A DNA stretch of 64,000 nt from Macrostomum lignano (taxonomy: Eukaryota): assembly GCA_002269645.1 (NCBI GenBank), contig NIVC01000330.1:1-64000 (forward strand), written 5' to 3'. Under the pieces are notes generated by a model. It was not told where the DNA came from. It was given only the letters and a program-made list of their open reading frames with translations, and searched no databases. Position 1 is the stretch's first letter. The number at the start of each line of letters is the position of its first letter. Both the position numbers and the translations under genes were made by a program. Below, piece by piece: positions 1 through 16,739 of the stretch.

Positions 1-1639
1 AGTGACTGGAAGTCATGGATTAATTTGTAAAATCTGCCAGTGTATATTTTCACAATAATAAAATAGGTAAAAAAATCTACACAATACCTAAAATTAAATA
101 ACTAGACTTTAGGCACTTTTACCTGTTTTCTAATGACCTAGGCTATATAAGCACTAAATATATAATATTAATTGTTTAATAATCATTTTGTGTTGTGTTC
201 CACAAAAATAGTTGCCCTTCTGCTTTCTGTTATGCTTAGGCTAGCTAGAAGCAAAACTATGCCTATGGCTTGTTTTTAAACCATTTTTCTTGCAAATGTA
301 GCCAAAAGCCAGAGGCAATTTATACCATAATCATGTTTGTGGTATAAATTTGCTAATATTATACTATTATTCTGTATTTACATGTGCAACTACTAGCCAA
401 CCTAGCCAATCTAGCTACCATAAATTATGGTAGACTAGGGTAAGTTGCAAAAATGTCCACTCAAAAAAAATAGATGTAGTACTAATTAGATGTTAGGCAT
501 TTAGCCTTAATAAACAGTCATAGTAACTTTTACTATTTATCCAAATTGCAATAATTTTTTATTTTAGGGTTTATTTTATAGGTAAATCACATTTTCAGTA
601 AAAGTTCCCAATTTTTCCCTTATTCTAGGTTGTGCAATAAGTTTCCAGATGTGCTAAGACTGAAATAGTCAGAAAGCAACTAACTTAGATTTTTTATAGA
701 TACTGTCTAGAAGAGTCTATGCACTATTGCATCCTCTAAAACCACTTATTGAGGCAGCGGGATGACTCTAAACTTGGCACCTCCTTGACATGTCTAATCA
801 CTGATGAATACCATGCATCCTCTGCTTGATTTGTGGAAACACAAAGTCAAAAAAATCGCATTAGGTCAGGTCTGCGTTGTAGGTAGATGGCCAGGTTATT
901 GAATACGTTCTCTAATCAGGAATTTGACCACTTGCCTAGACTTGTAGGTGGAAGCATTGTTATAATGAAGAAGTGCATTCCCAAGCTTGAGTCTTTGTGT
1001 GGCAACTGGAGAGTGCAATCAGCATTTTTGGTAGGTAGCAGTTGGTATAATACCAGGGTCAAGATTGTGCATTGCTGTATGCCGGAACAAAATTGCTTCC
1101 GTAGCTCATGCATGCCAATGTACACCAACAAACTTTTTATCGCATACAAAATAGGCCAAAATAAAATTACAAATTACAACTATATTAAAAGCTTGCAAAA
1201 TTTTAATATTTAAACAACCTATGTATTAAAACAAAAAATCTTTTTACTAAACTGTAGAAAACTAGTTCATTTAAACTATTTTTGTTTTACTTTTACTTTC
1301 TTAGAAAAGTTAAACCAGTTTTTTTTATTTAGTTTTCCATTTTTTTCGTAAAGGGCTGGCTATTCTTTCTGATCAAAATTTAGCTACTGTAACAATGTAC
1401 ATGGAAACTATGCCAAATGCAAACTTAATCATTTTTGTATGCTAATTATATAAATTGATTGTTGGGACGGAACTTTTGGTCCCACTTGCTGGTCTCGGCA
1501 ATCTCTATATGCCAAGCTGTACACCAAGAGGGCACCCCAGGCGCCTTTGTATGCCAAGTTGTGTGCCAATGTGTAATCTAGGTCCCTCTATATGCCGGAA
1601 AATTCCAGCGTACATGTATACCATCCGGAGTCTGGGTAT

Positions 1640-2185
1640 AACAGTTGCCAGTGACTATACACTATTACACCAGTAGTACGGTCGCTAGATGACCAGCTTT
1701 TGTCACAAAGATAGCCTCTATCTGTTTGCCACACTGCACTTTTGCTGCAGCTTCAATGGTGGACACCTCCAACTAGTGTCCACTGGGCCAACTGCTGCTT
1801 GGTCTCTGGTTCAAAACTGTTAATCTAAGGATTTTTTACCATTGATAATTTCCCAGACTGAGTTTGAGCAGCCACCATCGAAACTATTGAGCATGGAATG
1901 GCACCAAGCCACCCAAGCCTCCTTTTGCTCTTCCATCAAGTGATGAGGCCTAGCATGCAGAAATATTGCTTAGGTTGAGCCTTGAGTACATGATTGTTCA
2001 GACAGTTCACAATGACATGCCGCTTCTGCCTCTATCTGGACTACAGTTGCCCTGACATCATCCTCAATCATGGCCCAAATGGCAGCAACAATCTCTGCTT
2101 GCTGTTGCACTCTTCATCATCCAGACTCTGTCAGCGACATTGGAATTCAGCAAACGACTTGAAAAAACCGTGGTCCTGGAACATA
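1640..2185 (-). mobile_element. Decayed mariner-family transposase relic
   Basis: Manual minus-strand translation gives AEIVAAIWAMIEDDVRATVVQIEA, ARPHHLMEEQKEAWVAWCHSMLNSFDGGCSNSVWEII, EPETKQQLAQW and GKQIEAIFVTKAGHLATV. These are colinear with mariner transposase blocks (WVPHxLTEEQK..RV.WC..ML, YDPETKQQSAQW, GKQMVAVFF..SGH). There are multiple stops and frameshifts; ends are approximate. Confidence 0.7.
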
Positions 2186-2296
2186 CATGCGCAACCTCCG
2201 AAATTCGGTCGGCCATGCGACTTAGTTTTAACAAAAATGCGACGTAGTTTTTGGCCAAAATGCGACTTACATGTAAAAAACCCTAACGCAACTTTG

Positions 2297-2358
2297 GTAA
2301 ACGGCAGGAGTAACTATAACTGTCTTATTAAGCCAAAATGCCTCGTCAGCTACTTAGT
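2297..2358 (+). other. Isolated degenerate fragment of 28S (LSU) rRNA around the R2/I-PpoI target site
   Basis: GTAAACGGCAGGAGTAACTATAACTGTCTTATTAAGCCAAAATGCCTCGTCAGCTACTTAGT aligns by eye to the conserved eukaryotic LSU segment GTAAACGGCGGGAGTAACTATGACTCTCTTAAGGTAGCCAAATGCCTCGTCATCTAATTAGT (recalled from memory). The flanks are not rRNA-like. Confidence 0.7.
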
Positions 2359-3624
2359 ACTACTACTTAGGTATTTTTTCGGGTGGGCATTTTTGCGACT
2401 TCTTTGGTTGGCCGCCAAATCGGTCGACTGTTGCGCATGTATGTCCTGGAAGGTGCTTCATTGCCGAAAGCTACTTGAAATTACTCAAAGCTCTCCTGCT
2501 GCCTTAGAACACTTTTGTAGTCTCCAATGGCCTCCGTTGAGCTCAATTGTGAATTCTTAGTGTTAGGGGGCATGCTAACTTTTCGTGTGTGCAGCGCATG
2601 CTTTATAGAGTGAATTTGTCTGAAATTGCACAAATATAATCACAAGATAATGTACATAATACCCGATATGCCAAATTGTGTACATTACCTTCCCACTTTG
2701 TGCATCCATTAACTTATTGCATACCCCTTGTAGTTATAGGAACCCTGACTTAGTGATGTAGCCATATTTATCTGTTCTATCTTGCTTATATTTTCGATAC
2801 AAAGACTGCAAATTTCCACTTCCTTAGAAATTAGAACCTTAAGTATCAGAAAAAGTTAATTTGTCATGAGTTTAATTTTATCTCCCAGACTATTTTCATC
2901 AACCTGTTGATTTGCTGCATTTATTAGCTGCCAACCAGTTTGCCAGCAATGAGTTCACAGGATCAACGATTTGAACTCGACTGCCAACAACTGTTAGTTG
3001 CTGCTCCCAGAATTGCTCGAATTAAGCAGCTTAACTTACCAGTGAGTCTTTGACCTTTCATACATTATTGCTTATCAGTGCCTTGAGTGTGGTGGCGCCA
3101 CTAAGTACGATTTTAGTGGTTAAAAGCCTTATTAATTTAGAAAAAAAGCTTCATGCAGTCCTTTTCAATAACTCAGAGAGTAAAAAATTGACGCCATGAA
3201 AATTACAGCTTTCGTCAATGCGGACGGGACGATTTAAAATTTACAGTTATGCTTAAAATAAGTAATTTTGAGGATTTTTTGTTGGAAATCCATCCAGTTT
3301 GTAGCTGGCACCCGACCGGGGCACCCTGCTCAACGCCTTGGGTGAAATCGTCCTACAACTTCTGCCCATTCCGCTGACTCTTTGAGCACATACAATAGCG
3401 TGGATACTTACTAATTTCTTACGTGGCACGTAACACACGCACTCTCGCTAAGTGAGTCCAAAGATTAAAAGCCGCGATTAATAAGTCATAGGCTGTTGAC
3501 AACCTTCACATTTCGAATGTTTTGATTGACGCTAACATTTTAAATTCAGCTTTTGAGTTTTAGACGCAGGATGTAAAATGCCACTTTGATGTAGAGAAAA
3601 CCACAAACTTAGGATTCTGAGCCC

Positions 3625-4122
3625 GGCAAAGAATTCTTAGAAACGGTCGATCAGAGGTTTAGCAAAGAATTCTTAGAAACGGTCGATCAGAGGTTTAGCA
3701 AAGAATTCTTAGAAACGGTCGATCAGAGGTTTAGCATAGAATTCTTAGAAACGTTCGATCAGAGGTTTAGCAAAGAATTCTTAGAAACGTTCGATCACAG
3801 GCTTAGCATAGAATTCTTAGAAACGGTCGATCACAGGCTTAGCATAGAATTCTTAGAAACGGTCGATTAGAGGTTTAGCAAAGAATTCTTAGAAACTCTC
3901 GATCAGAGGTTTAGCATAGAATTCTTAGAAACGGTCGATCAGACGTTTAACAAAGAATTCTTAGAAACGGTCGATCAGAGGTTTAACAAAGAATTCTTAG
4001 AAACGGTCGATCAGAGGTTTAGCAAAGAATTCTTAGAAACGGTCGATCAGAGGTTTAGCATAGAATTCTTAGAAACGGTCGATCAGAGGTTTAGCAAAGA
4101 ATTCTTAGAAACGGTCGATCAG
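3625..4122. repeat. 36-bp minisatellite, about 14 copies
   Basis: Unit AAAGAATTCTTAGAAACGGTCGATCAGAGGTTTAGC, read directly from the sequence. Confidence 0.95.
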
Positions 4123-4799
4123 TTGTTGAAACAGATTTTTTTAAACTGAAAAGCTTTAAGAAAATTTTTTAGCTATTAACAGGCCGCATATAAGGTCAAC
4201 CCTGAGTCGAGCTTGAGTGTGCTGCTTGGCTTACCGGCCTGTTCGCTTACTTTTCTGTCCTTTTTCCATCCCTCCCTCTCTCACCGAGGTCACTCTGGCG
4301 TACGCTGAACACTGTGAGCAGCAGAGTGTGCGCAAACTCCAGCGCGTGCCCGCCTGTCTCAGCAATTCATTGGCTTTCTGTTTAGAAATAGAACAGAGAA
4401 TGAAACGAGCAGAGTCGTGTGGGCATAGGAGAGGAGGCCGGTTGGCTTGGTGTATTTTAAGCCTTGGCGATAGTCTGTCACCCCTCTCTCTCTGTGGAAC
4501 CAAGCACTCTGCACCAACTCGAAGGCGTTTAGTCTCACCTGAGAGTTTATTCTATCGGGCCTATAGTATCTTATCGCGACTGAACTTAGCGGACTTGAAC
4601 CAGCCTTTGGCTTAGTTTAATAAGCCAGCTTGTTTATTGTGACTTGAATACACATTCTGCAAACTGATAAATAGTGTTATTTGCTAAAGTTAAAGCCTTT
4701 ATTCAATAACTCTATATTCGTATTATTTGTCCCCAGTTATCCAGCGAACTGCGATCGCTCAAGCCTCGGCCTCATCGAACTAACCAGTCAACAGTAACC

Positions 4800-6705
4800 A
4801 TGGCAACCGAAGAAGCTTGGACGCAGCTGTCCGGTCATGCTGGCAATTTTCAGAGCGGCAGCCGGCCAGGCCGGGTGATGAAGCGACTCTGTCAGGCGGA
4901 GGCTGACTGCCTGCAGGCGCTGGCCAGCGACCCGCGCCTGCGCGACTTTGCGCCCGCATTCTACGGCATTCGTCGGAGTCCGTCTGATGACAGCGACAGC
5001 GGTGTCGGCGCGGAGTTCGTAGAGATGCAGGACCTCCTGGCCGAGTTCCAGGCTCCCGTATCGCTGATGGACTGCAAGATTGGCTGCCGAACTTACCTAG
5101 AGGACGAGCTGGCTATGGCTAGGCGGGACGCGAAGCCCCGACCTGACATGTACAGGCGCATCGTTGAAACCGACCCGGACGCTACGACCCGAGCAGAGAG
5201 CGGCTGGCGCGGTCACCAAGCTGGACTACATGCTGTGGCGGGAGCGCCTGTCCTCCACCTCCTCCTTGGCCTTCCGCATCGACGGCTGAAGCGAGGCGAC
5301 CCTGACGGCTCCGTTGCTCCTCCGCCGTTTGACGATTTCAAACGACTGCGCCGTAGGGAAGACATTCTGGCTATGCTGGCGTACTTTGTTGACGGTGTTC
5401 AGGCCGGCGGCGTGGCCAGAGCCTATCTGGAGAGGCTGCGGCGCCTTCGAGAGGCATTGACTCAGTCAGAGTTCTTTCCTAAGCACGAGGTACGCTTGTT
5501 GAATGTTTTAATTGTTAGTTGGAGGAGTGCTGTGTAGCATTTCTGCCGTTAGTAACGGTTAATTGTAAAAGCTAGCTAGCTTAATAGTGCGTTTTTTTCG
5601 GCGCAAATCTTCTCTAGTTTAATTGCGAATTTGCGTGGTGAAAACAGTTTTCAAAATTCTATTTTAATTCTCCAATTACCACTGCGAATGTACAATTTCA
5701 ACTTAGTATTTTAAAGTGCGCATTTTGTAGCATTTTGTAAAACATACTACTCTATGTAGTCTGTACCTCCCTAGTGCAGAGCGATTTGAATCTCTGAGCT
5801 TCCATCTGAATCTCTGAGCTGCCATCTAAATCTCTGAGCTTCCATCTGAATCTCTGAGCTTCCATCTGAATCTCTGAGCTTCCGTCTGAATCTCTGAGCT
5901 TCCATCGGCATCTCTGAGCTTCCATCTGCATCTCTGAGCTTCCATCTGAATCTCTGAGCTTCAATCTGCATCTTTGAGCTTCCATCTAAATCTCCGAGCT
6001 TCCATCTGCATCTCTGAGCTTCCATCTGCATCTCTGAGCTTCCATCTGCATCTCTGAGCTTCCATCTGAATCTCCGAGCTTCAATCTGCATCTTTGAGCT
6101 TCCATCTAAATCTCCGAGCTTCCATCTGCATATTTGAGCTTCCATCTGCATCTCTGAGCTTCGATCTGCATCCCCGAGCTTCCATCACAATTCCTGAGCT
6201 TCCATCACAATTCCCGAGCTTCCATCACGATTCCCGAGCTTCCATCTGAATCCCTGAGCTTCCATTACGATCCCTGAGCTTCCATCACGATGCCTGAGCT
6301 TCCATCACGATCCCTGAGCTTCCATCACGATCCCTGAGCTTCCATCACGATCCCTGAGCTTCCATAACGATGCCTGAGCTTCCACCTATAGTTCAGTTTC
6401 AAGCTTCGATGTGATAATAAGTTAATAAAGTTACGAGCAAATGCGTCTCACCATAGATGAGTCCCACAGCTTGAGCTCATCCCTACACGCCAAATTGACA
6501 GCTCATCGGCTCTTCCCTGCTATTCGTGCACGACCGCGCCGGGCGCGCCTCCGTGTGGATGATCGACTTCGGCAAGACGCGGCCAAGTCCCAGCCGGCTG
6601 AGCCACACTGCCGAGTGGTCGGAGGGCAATCACGAGGACGGCTACCTGACTGGCCTGGACAACATTATCCACCTATTCCAGCAGCTGGTGAACGCGTGCG
6701 CGTAG
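4800..6705 (+). CDS. IP3K: Inositol-1,4,5-trisphosphate 3-kinase (ITPKA/B/C-family catalytic domain), 2 exons, with an internal pair of compensating frameshifts
   Basis: Exons 4800-5489 and 6502-6705 (GT at 5490, AG at 6500-6501). Motifs are [23 protein letters not shown]|[19 protein letters not shown] and [12 protein letters not shown]. The conserved [26 protein letters not shown] block (5209-5286) is in the +1 frame. An open acceptor at 4736 suggests the 5' end may extend further. Confidence 0.9.
5790..6385. repeat. 20-bp minisatellite in the IP3K intron
   Basis: Unit TCTCTGAGCTTCCATCTGMA, drifting to TCCCTGAGCTTCCATCACGA at the 3' end. Confidence 0.95.
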
Positions 6706-6934
6706 GACTGCTGGTCCTGTAACAGTTCCCATCGATCTCTCAGTTCCCCAGGCCAATTGAATTTCTAGGCAAATAATTCTAGCCTTATTTCGCTTGAGAC
6801 AGCCGTTATATTTATCATTTTTTGTATTTTCAACTATTATACTGTTATAATCTACTCCATGTAGCTTTTCTGTATCATTTGGCCTCTGTCTTGGACTTTG
6901 CTTTTTGTCCGTCTGTTTTGATACCTGCTTCTCT

Positions 6935-7355
6935 TGATGTGAATGTGTCTCGATTATCTGTCTGTCTTAATGTGAATGTGTCTCGATGTCTGCCTGTCTT
7001 GATGTGAATGTGTCTCGATGTCTGCCTGTCTTGATGTAAATGTGTCTCGATTATCTGCCTGTCTTAATGTGAATGTGTCTCGATGTCTGCCTGTCTTGAT
7101 GTGAATGTGTCTCGATGTCTGCCTGTCTTGATGTAAATGTGTCTCGATTATCTGCCTGTCTTAATGTGAATGTGTCTCGATGTCCTGCCTGTCTTGATGT
7201 GAATGTGTCTCGATGTCTGCCTGTCTTAATGTGAATGTGTCTCGATGTCCTGCCTGTCTTGATGTGAATGTGTCTCAAAATCTGTCTGTCTTAATGTGAA
7301 TGTGTCTCGATGTCTGCCTGTCTTGATGCGAATGTGTCTCGATATCTGCCTGTCG
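6935..7355. repeat. 32-34-bp minisatellite, about 13 copies
   Basis: Unit TGTGAATGTGTCTCGATGTCTGCCTGTCTTGA. Confidence 0.9.
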
Positions 7356-7757
7356 AACTGTTTTCTCTCAACTGTCTCTGACCATCAGCTCAAGTTCTCC
7401 AGCTGATCGAATCACAAGCATTCCCGACTTGGCGACAACGAATAGGTGCATCTTTATTAATAAATTTATTTAACCACAATTTCAATATTTGGTCAGATTT
7501 TTGCAGTGCCACTGTGCAGGTCAGCTGGACAAGAATTAGTGCACCTGATCTTAATTTGCAGTTCTGGTGTATGTGGCATTCGTCTTCGAAATACACATCA
7601 ATGCATACCCGATGCCAATCGTCTGCTTTTTGTACTTTGTTTATTTCTACTGCGGCCATATTTTGGAATCTTTCATTCTTTTGCCTTCTTGATTGCAGTT
7701 TTGCCTACAGTGTTTTTCATTTAGTGCAACTAATTGAAATAAAGCCTGAGAATTAGT

Positions 7758-7912
7758 TGGGACCCAAAATTTCCCGCCTAAAAATGCGATTGTCTCTTCC
7801 TAGTTAAATTGGGACCCAAAATTTCCCGCCTAAAAATGCGATTGTCTCTTCCTAGTTAAATTGGGACCCAAAATTTCCCGCCTAAAAATGCGATTGTCTC
7901 TTCCTAGTTAAA
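7758..7912. repeat. 52-bp tandem repeat, 3 copies
   Basis: TTGGGACCCAAAATTTCCCGCCTAAAAATGCGATTGTCTCTTCCTAGTTAAA x3. Confidence 0.9.
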
Positions 7913-8654
7913 TCATCCCGGTTATTCCGAGTTAGCAGCCAAATCATGCAAGTCGGAAGACGGAAGATTTTTTTAATTTAACGAGCGTCGCTGAAATTTA
8001 TGAGTTATACTCGCATTTTTCTACTGCGGTTAGTAGCGCGCAAAGATTTTTTTCAGTAGTAATTCAAATAGGCAATTCCAGATTTAGAAAGTTACAAGTA
8101 ATATTTAAAATAATTAATTATTTAAATTATAAATTGCCTTAGAAGTAGTAGGCGTAAACAATTGAAGTATTGCTTTGTTTAAGTGCTATTAATTCAAAAC
8201 AGTCAGTTGACCTTGAATATTCACAGTTAAACTGGGAATTCAACTAAAAATAGGCTTCAGTTTTAAAGCGGATTTCCTAGCTTATGTCACACTACTTATA
8301 GTAGTTTAAAATAACATTCTTTATATCTCCATATTTGCCAAAAATTGATAAAATGTCTTTTAAATTTTTGATCAGAGTTTGTCTTGCCGGCATTTATTTA
8401 TTATTATATAACCTATTGTGCCAGCTAAAACTCGAATTAATTGTTGCGGTGTTCATGCTGCTGCTGTGTGAACTTTTAATATTTAATTGCTAATGTATTC
8501 AGATTAATATTTTTAGTATAATCATTTTTTGCTGTTACTTGCGTTGTAGCTCTGCTTTTTTATTACCGTAAACTGGAAATTAAAGCGCGTAACGACCTGG
8601 TCTTTGAGAATTTCATTTTTTCTTGACTACTGCCCAATCTGGTCATTAAAATGC

Positions 8655-9890
8655 CACAATCTACCTGAGAATCGCCCCAATCTACCTGAGAATCGCCCCA
8701 ATCTACCTGAGAATCGCCCCAATCTACAGATGAGAATCGCCCCAATCTACCTGAGAATCGCCCCAATCTACCTGAGAATCGCCCCAATCTACCTGAGAAT
8801 CGCCCCAATCTACCTAAAAATCGCCCCAATCTACCTGAGAATCGCCCCAATCTACCTGAGAATCGCCCCAATCTACCTGAGAATCGCCCCAATCTACCTA
8901 AAAATCGCCCCAATCTACCTGAGAATCGCCCCAATCTACCTGAGAATCGCCCCAATCTACCTAAAAATCGCCCCAATCTACCTGAGAATCGCCCCAATCT
9001 ACAGATGAGAATCGCCCCAATCTACCTGAGAATCGCCCCAATCTACCTGAGAATCGCCATAATCTACCTGAGAATCGCCCCAATCTACCTGAGAATCGCC
9101 CCAATCTACCTGAGAATTGCCCCAATCTACCTGAGAATCGCCACAATCTACCTGAGAATCGCCCCAACCTACAGATGAGAATCGCCCCAATCTACCTGAG
9201 AATCGCCCCAATCTACCTGAGAATCGCCCCAATCTACCTGAGAATCGCCCCAATCTACAGATGAGAATCGCCCCAATCTACCTGAGAATCGCCCCAATCT
9301 ACCTGAGAATCGCCCCAATCTACCTGAGAATCGCCCCAATCTACCTGAGAATCGCCCCAATCTACCTGAGAATCGCCCCAATCTACCTGAGAATCGCCCC
9401 AATCTACCTGAGAATCGCCCCAATCTACCTAAAAATCGCCCCAATCTACCTGAGAATCGCCCCAATCTACCTGAGAATCGCCCCAATCTACCTAAAAATC
9501 GCCCCAATCTACCTGAGAATCGCCCCAATCTACAGATGAGAATCGCCCCAATCTACCTGAGAATCGCCCCAATCTACCTGAGAATCGCCATAATCTACCT
9601 GAGAATCGCCCCAATCTACCTGAGAATCGCCCCAATCTACCTGAGAATTGCCCCAATCTACCTGAGAATCGCCACAATCTACCTGAGAATCGCCCCAACC
9701 TACAGATGAGAATCGCCCCAATCTACCTGAGAATCGCCCCAATCTACCTGAGAATCGCCCCAATCTACCTGAGAATCGCCCTAATCTACCTGAGAATCGC
9801 CCTAATCTACCTGAGAATCGCCCTAATCTACCTGAGAACCGCCCTAATCTACCTGAGAATCGCCCTAATCTACCTGAGAATCGCCCCAAT
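8655..9890. repeat. 21-bp minisatellite (about 58 units) directly upstream of MRPL4
   Basis: Unit AATCTACCTGAGAATCGCCCC with occasional 23-bp variants (..CTACAGATGAG..). A 531-bp higher-order duplication is visible. Confidence 0.95.
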
Positions 9891-9919
9891 CAGCTCATGT
9901 AACCGGACTCACTTCTCCC

Positions 9920-12072
9920 ATGCAGTGCTCCAGTTTGGCCACCGCGGTGCGCCGGTTCGCCGCCATTCGCCGGTTCGCCCAGCCCACTCTCTCTGCCGCC
10001 GCGTCCAGCAGCCACCGATGTTGCTTCAGCAGCTCCGCCTCTCCCCCCGACAGCGGCCAGGAAGGCGGCTCCAGCGCTGCTGAGCCCGCAGCTGCCGATG
10101 CTGGCAGTCTGGCATCGCAGGTCGGCCTGCCTGACAGTCTGCCCTCCCTAGCCGAGTCCGCCATCGAGGGCGTCGGCGGCGTCCCCGGACCGCAGCTCTG
10201 GCTGGAGACGCTGCGAGTTCAAAGCGACGTTAAACTCGGCCTGGTCTCGCTGGACCCGCGAATCTTCCACCAGGTGCCTCGGCCCCACGTGCTGCACGAG
10301 AACCTTCGCTGGCAGGGCCTTTACCGGCTAATTGACTACCGGAGCATCACCTACAAGACCGAGGTGGCCCGCGGGCACAAGAAGCCCTGGCCGCAGAAGG
10401 GCTTCGGCTTGGCTCGGCATGGCAACCGATTGGCGCCGCAATTCTTTGGCGGCGCACAGGTGAAGGGGCCTCGCGGACCCGAGTCGTTTTTTACTATTCT
10501 GCCGCAGCATATCCGTGTGCTGGGCCTCGTGCAAGCCCTGTCGGCCAGGTGCTTGCAGGTGAGAGAGTTGCTTGTTTATCAGTGCGAATTCATCGAATTC
10601 TCAAATTCCCCACCGAGATTATCCTACAGTAGAATTCGCCACCGAGCTTATCCCACAGTAGAATTCCCTCACCGAGCTTATCCAACAGTAGAATGCCCCA
10701 CCGAGCTTATCCCACAGTAGAATTCCCTCACCGAGCTTATCCAACAGTAGAATGCCCCACCGAGCTTATCCCACAGTAGAATTCCCTCACCGAGCTTATC
10801 CCACAGTAGAATTCCCCACCGAGCTTATCCCACAGTAGAATTCCCTCACCGAGCTTATCCAACAGTAGAATGCCCCACCGAGCTTATCCCACAGTAGAAT
10901 TCCCTCACCGAGCTTATCCAACAGTAGAATGCCCCACCGAGCTTATCCCACAGTAGAATTCCCTCACCGAGCTTATCCCACAGTAGAATTCCCTCACCGA
11001 GCTTATTTAACAGTAGAATGCCCCACCGAGCTTATCCCACAGTAGAATTCCCCACCGAGCTTATCCTACAGTAGAATTCCCCACCGAGCTTATCTTACAG
11101 TAAAATTCCCTACCAAGCTTATCCCACAGTAGAATTCTCCATCGAGCTTATCCCACAGTAGAATTCCCCACCGAGCTTATCCCACAGTAGAATTTCCCAC
11201 CGAGATTATCCCTCAGTAGAATTCCCCCACCGAGCTTATCCCTCAGTAGAATTCTCCACCGAGTTTATCCCACAGTAGAATTCCCCACCGAGCTTATCCT
11301 ACAGTAGAATTCCCCACCGAGCTTATCCCACAGTAGAATTCCCCACCGAGCTTATCCTACAGTAGAATTCCCCCACCGAGTTTATCCCACAGTAGAATTC
11401 CCCACTGAGATTATCCCACAGTAGAATTCCCCCACCGAGCTTATCCCTCAGTAGAATTCCCCACTGAGATTATCCCACAGTAGAATTCCCCCACCGAGCT
11501 TATCCCTCAGTAGAACTCCCCACCGAGCTTATCCCTCAGTAGAACTCCCCACCGAGCTTATCCCTCAGTAGAATTCCCCATCGAGCTTATCCCACAGTAG
11601 AATTCCCCACCGAGCTTATCCCACAGTAGAATTCCCCACCGAGCTCATACCGCAGGAGTCTCAGCTATCACCCCATCAATTTCAGGACGACCTGCACATT
11701 GTTGACAGCCTAGAGCTGCCCGCGGACAACGGTGCCTGGCTGCAGACCCTGGTGGAGTCCCGCGGCTGGGGTCCCACCGTGCTGTTTGTGGCTGACACGG
11801 ACAAGGCTCCCGTCAACATGGCCCTGGCCTGCGATTCTGTGCGCTACTACAGCCTGATGCCTTACTACGGCATCAACGTCTGGTCCATACTGAAGCACGA
11901 CACCCTGGTGATGACGGTCGATGCCGCTAAGAAAGTCCAGGCCCGTCTGCTGCACCATCTGAGCCGGCGGGACCCGGCCGGATTGCGCAATCCGGACTGG
12001 GACGAGCCGCAGGCCACTCACTTCACCGGCCACTACCAGCCTGACCGGGTAGCGCCGCCTGTCTACTACTGA
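9920..12072 (+). CDS. MRPL4: Mitochondrial large ribosomal subunit protein uL4m, 2 exons, about 341 aa
   Basis: Exons 9920-10558 and 11686-12072 (GT 10559, AG 11684-11685, phase 0). The N-terminus is Arg/Ser/Ala-rich like a mitochondrial presequence. L4 motifs are PRPHVLHENLRWQ, KKPWPQKGFGLARHG, GGAQVKGPRGP, Q|DDLHIVDSLELP, RGWGPTVLFV and GINVWSILKHDTLV. Confidence 0.93.
10600..11645. repeat. 29-30-bp minisatellite filling the MRPL4 intron
   Basis: Unit CCGAGCTTATCCCACAGTAGAATTCCCCA, about 35 copies. Confidence 0.95.
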
Positions 12073-12340
12073 TTCAACAGCCGGCAGTAGCATGATGCGC
12101 GCATTTTGTAGAATACCTACTTACCATGCTACTAACTAAGCAATTGTCAGTAGTATGATTGGTAGCAGATTTTATTAAAATTGGTGGTAATCTATTGCCC
12201 CAAAGTCTGTTACAGGTAAAATATATGCATTGGTATAAATATAAAGCAAGAACAGTTGATTTAAGGTCTTTTGCATGTCCGTTTTTCCTGTTGGTTGACT
12301 TTTGTCATTATTATCATTAATAATAAATTAGCATTAATAA

Positions 12341-12349
12341 AGATAGATG

Positions 12350-12418
<69 letters not shown>

Positions 12419-12740
12419 ATAGATATATAAATAGATAAATAGATTGCCAGACTCAAAGCATAGATTGCCAGACTCAAAGCATAAATTGCCATTCTCAAAG
12501 CATCAATTGCCAGACTCAAAGCATCAATTGCCATTCTCAAAGCATCAATTCCCAGACTCAAAGCATCAATTCCCAGACTCAAAGCATCAATTGCCATACT
12601 CAAAGCATCAATTGTCAGACTCAAAGCATCAATTGCCATTCTCAAAGCATCAATTCCCATACTCAAAGTATCAATTCCCAGACTCAAAGCATCAATTCCC
12701 AGACTCAAAGCATCAATTCCCAGACTCAAAGTATCAATTG
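12341..12740. repeat. (GATA)n microsatellite followed by a 21-bp minisatellite between MRPL4 and AGPS
   Basis: (AGAT)n at 12341-12442, then about 14 copies of ATTCCCAGACTCAAAGCATCA. Confidence 0.92.
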
Positions 12741-12787
12741 TCATAATCAAATCATCAATTTTCACTAAATTGCATGCCACCCTCAGC

Positions 12788-16593
<3,806 letters not shown>

Positions 16594-16739
16594 ATCGCCC
16601 AATGCCGAAGCATTGAGTATAGTAGTTCTGAGATCGGTTATGTACCTGATTTTAATGCTCAGATCTCCGATTAAACTCAAATAGTCTGACTAGCCTTTAT
16701 TTTATGATTGCCTCGCCCCTAACATTCTTGGATAACCCC

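Noticed and set aside
887-1676. Short ORFs in the AT-rich first 1.7 kb, and at 4217-4615, 43121-43369 and 54034-54418
   Set aside because: No motifs, no exon-like composition and no consistent splice signals.
2297-2358. An rRNA gene
   Set aside because: Only about 60 bp match, with several substitutions and non-rRNA flanks. Kept as a fragment, not a gene.
3625-4122. Regular 36-bp repeats resembling a CRISPR array
   Set aside because: The units are head-to-tail with no unique spacers, there are no cas genes, and the context is eukaryotic. The same applies to the 29-bp arrays at 23128-23694 and 32211-33850.
8563-9889. Repetitive ORFs (GRFSGRL.., RIAPIYL..) and similar ones at 5752-6151, 7051-7278, 12334-12876, 15515-16168, 23086-23646 and 32169-33849
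   Set aside because: Stop-free frames of minisatellites, with no splice or codon-usage support.
12770-12787. ORF-track starts at TTG/GTG (12770 for AGPS, 13892, 16018, 11752, 52495, 52942)
   Set aside because: These are alternative-start artefacts of the ORF caller. The real boundaries are the ATG at 12788 and splice acceptors or broken frames.
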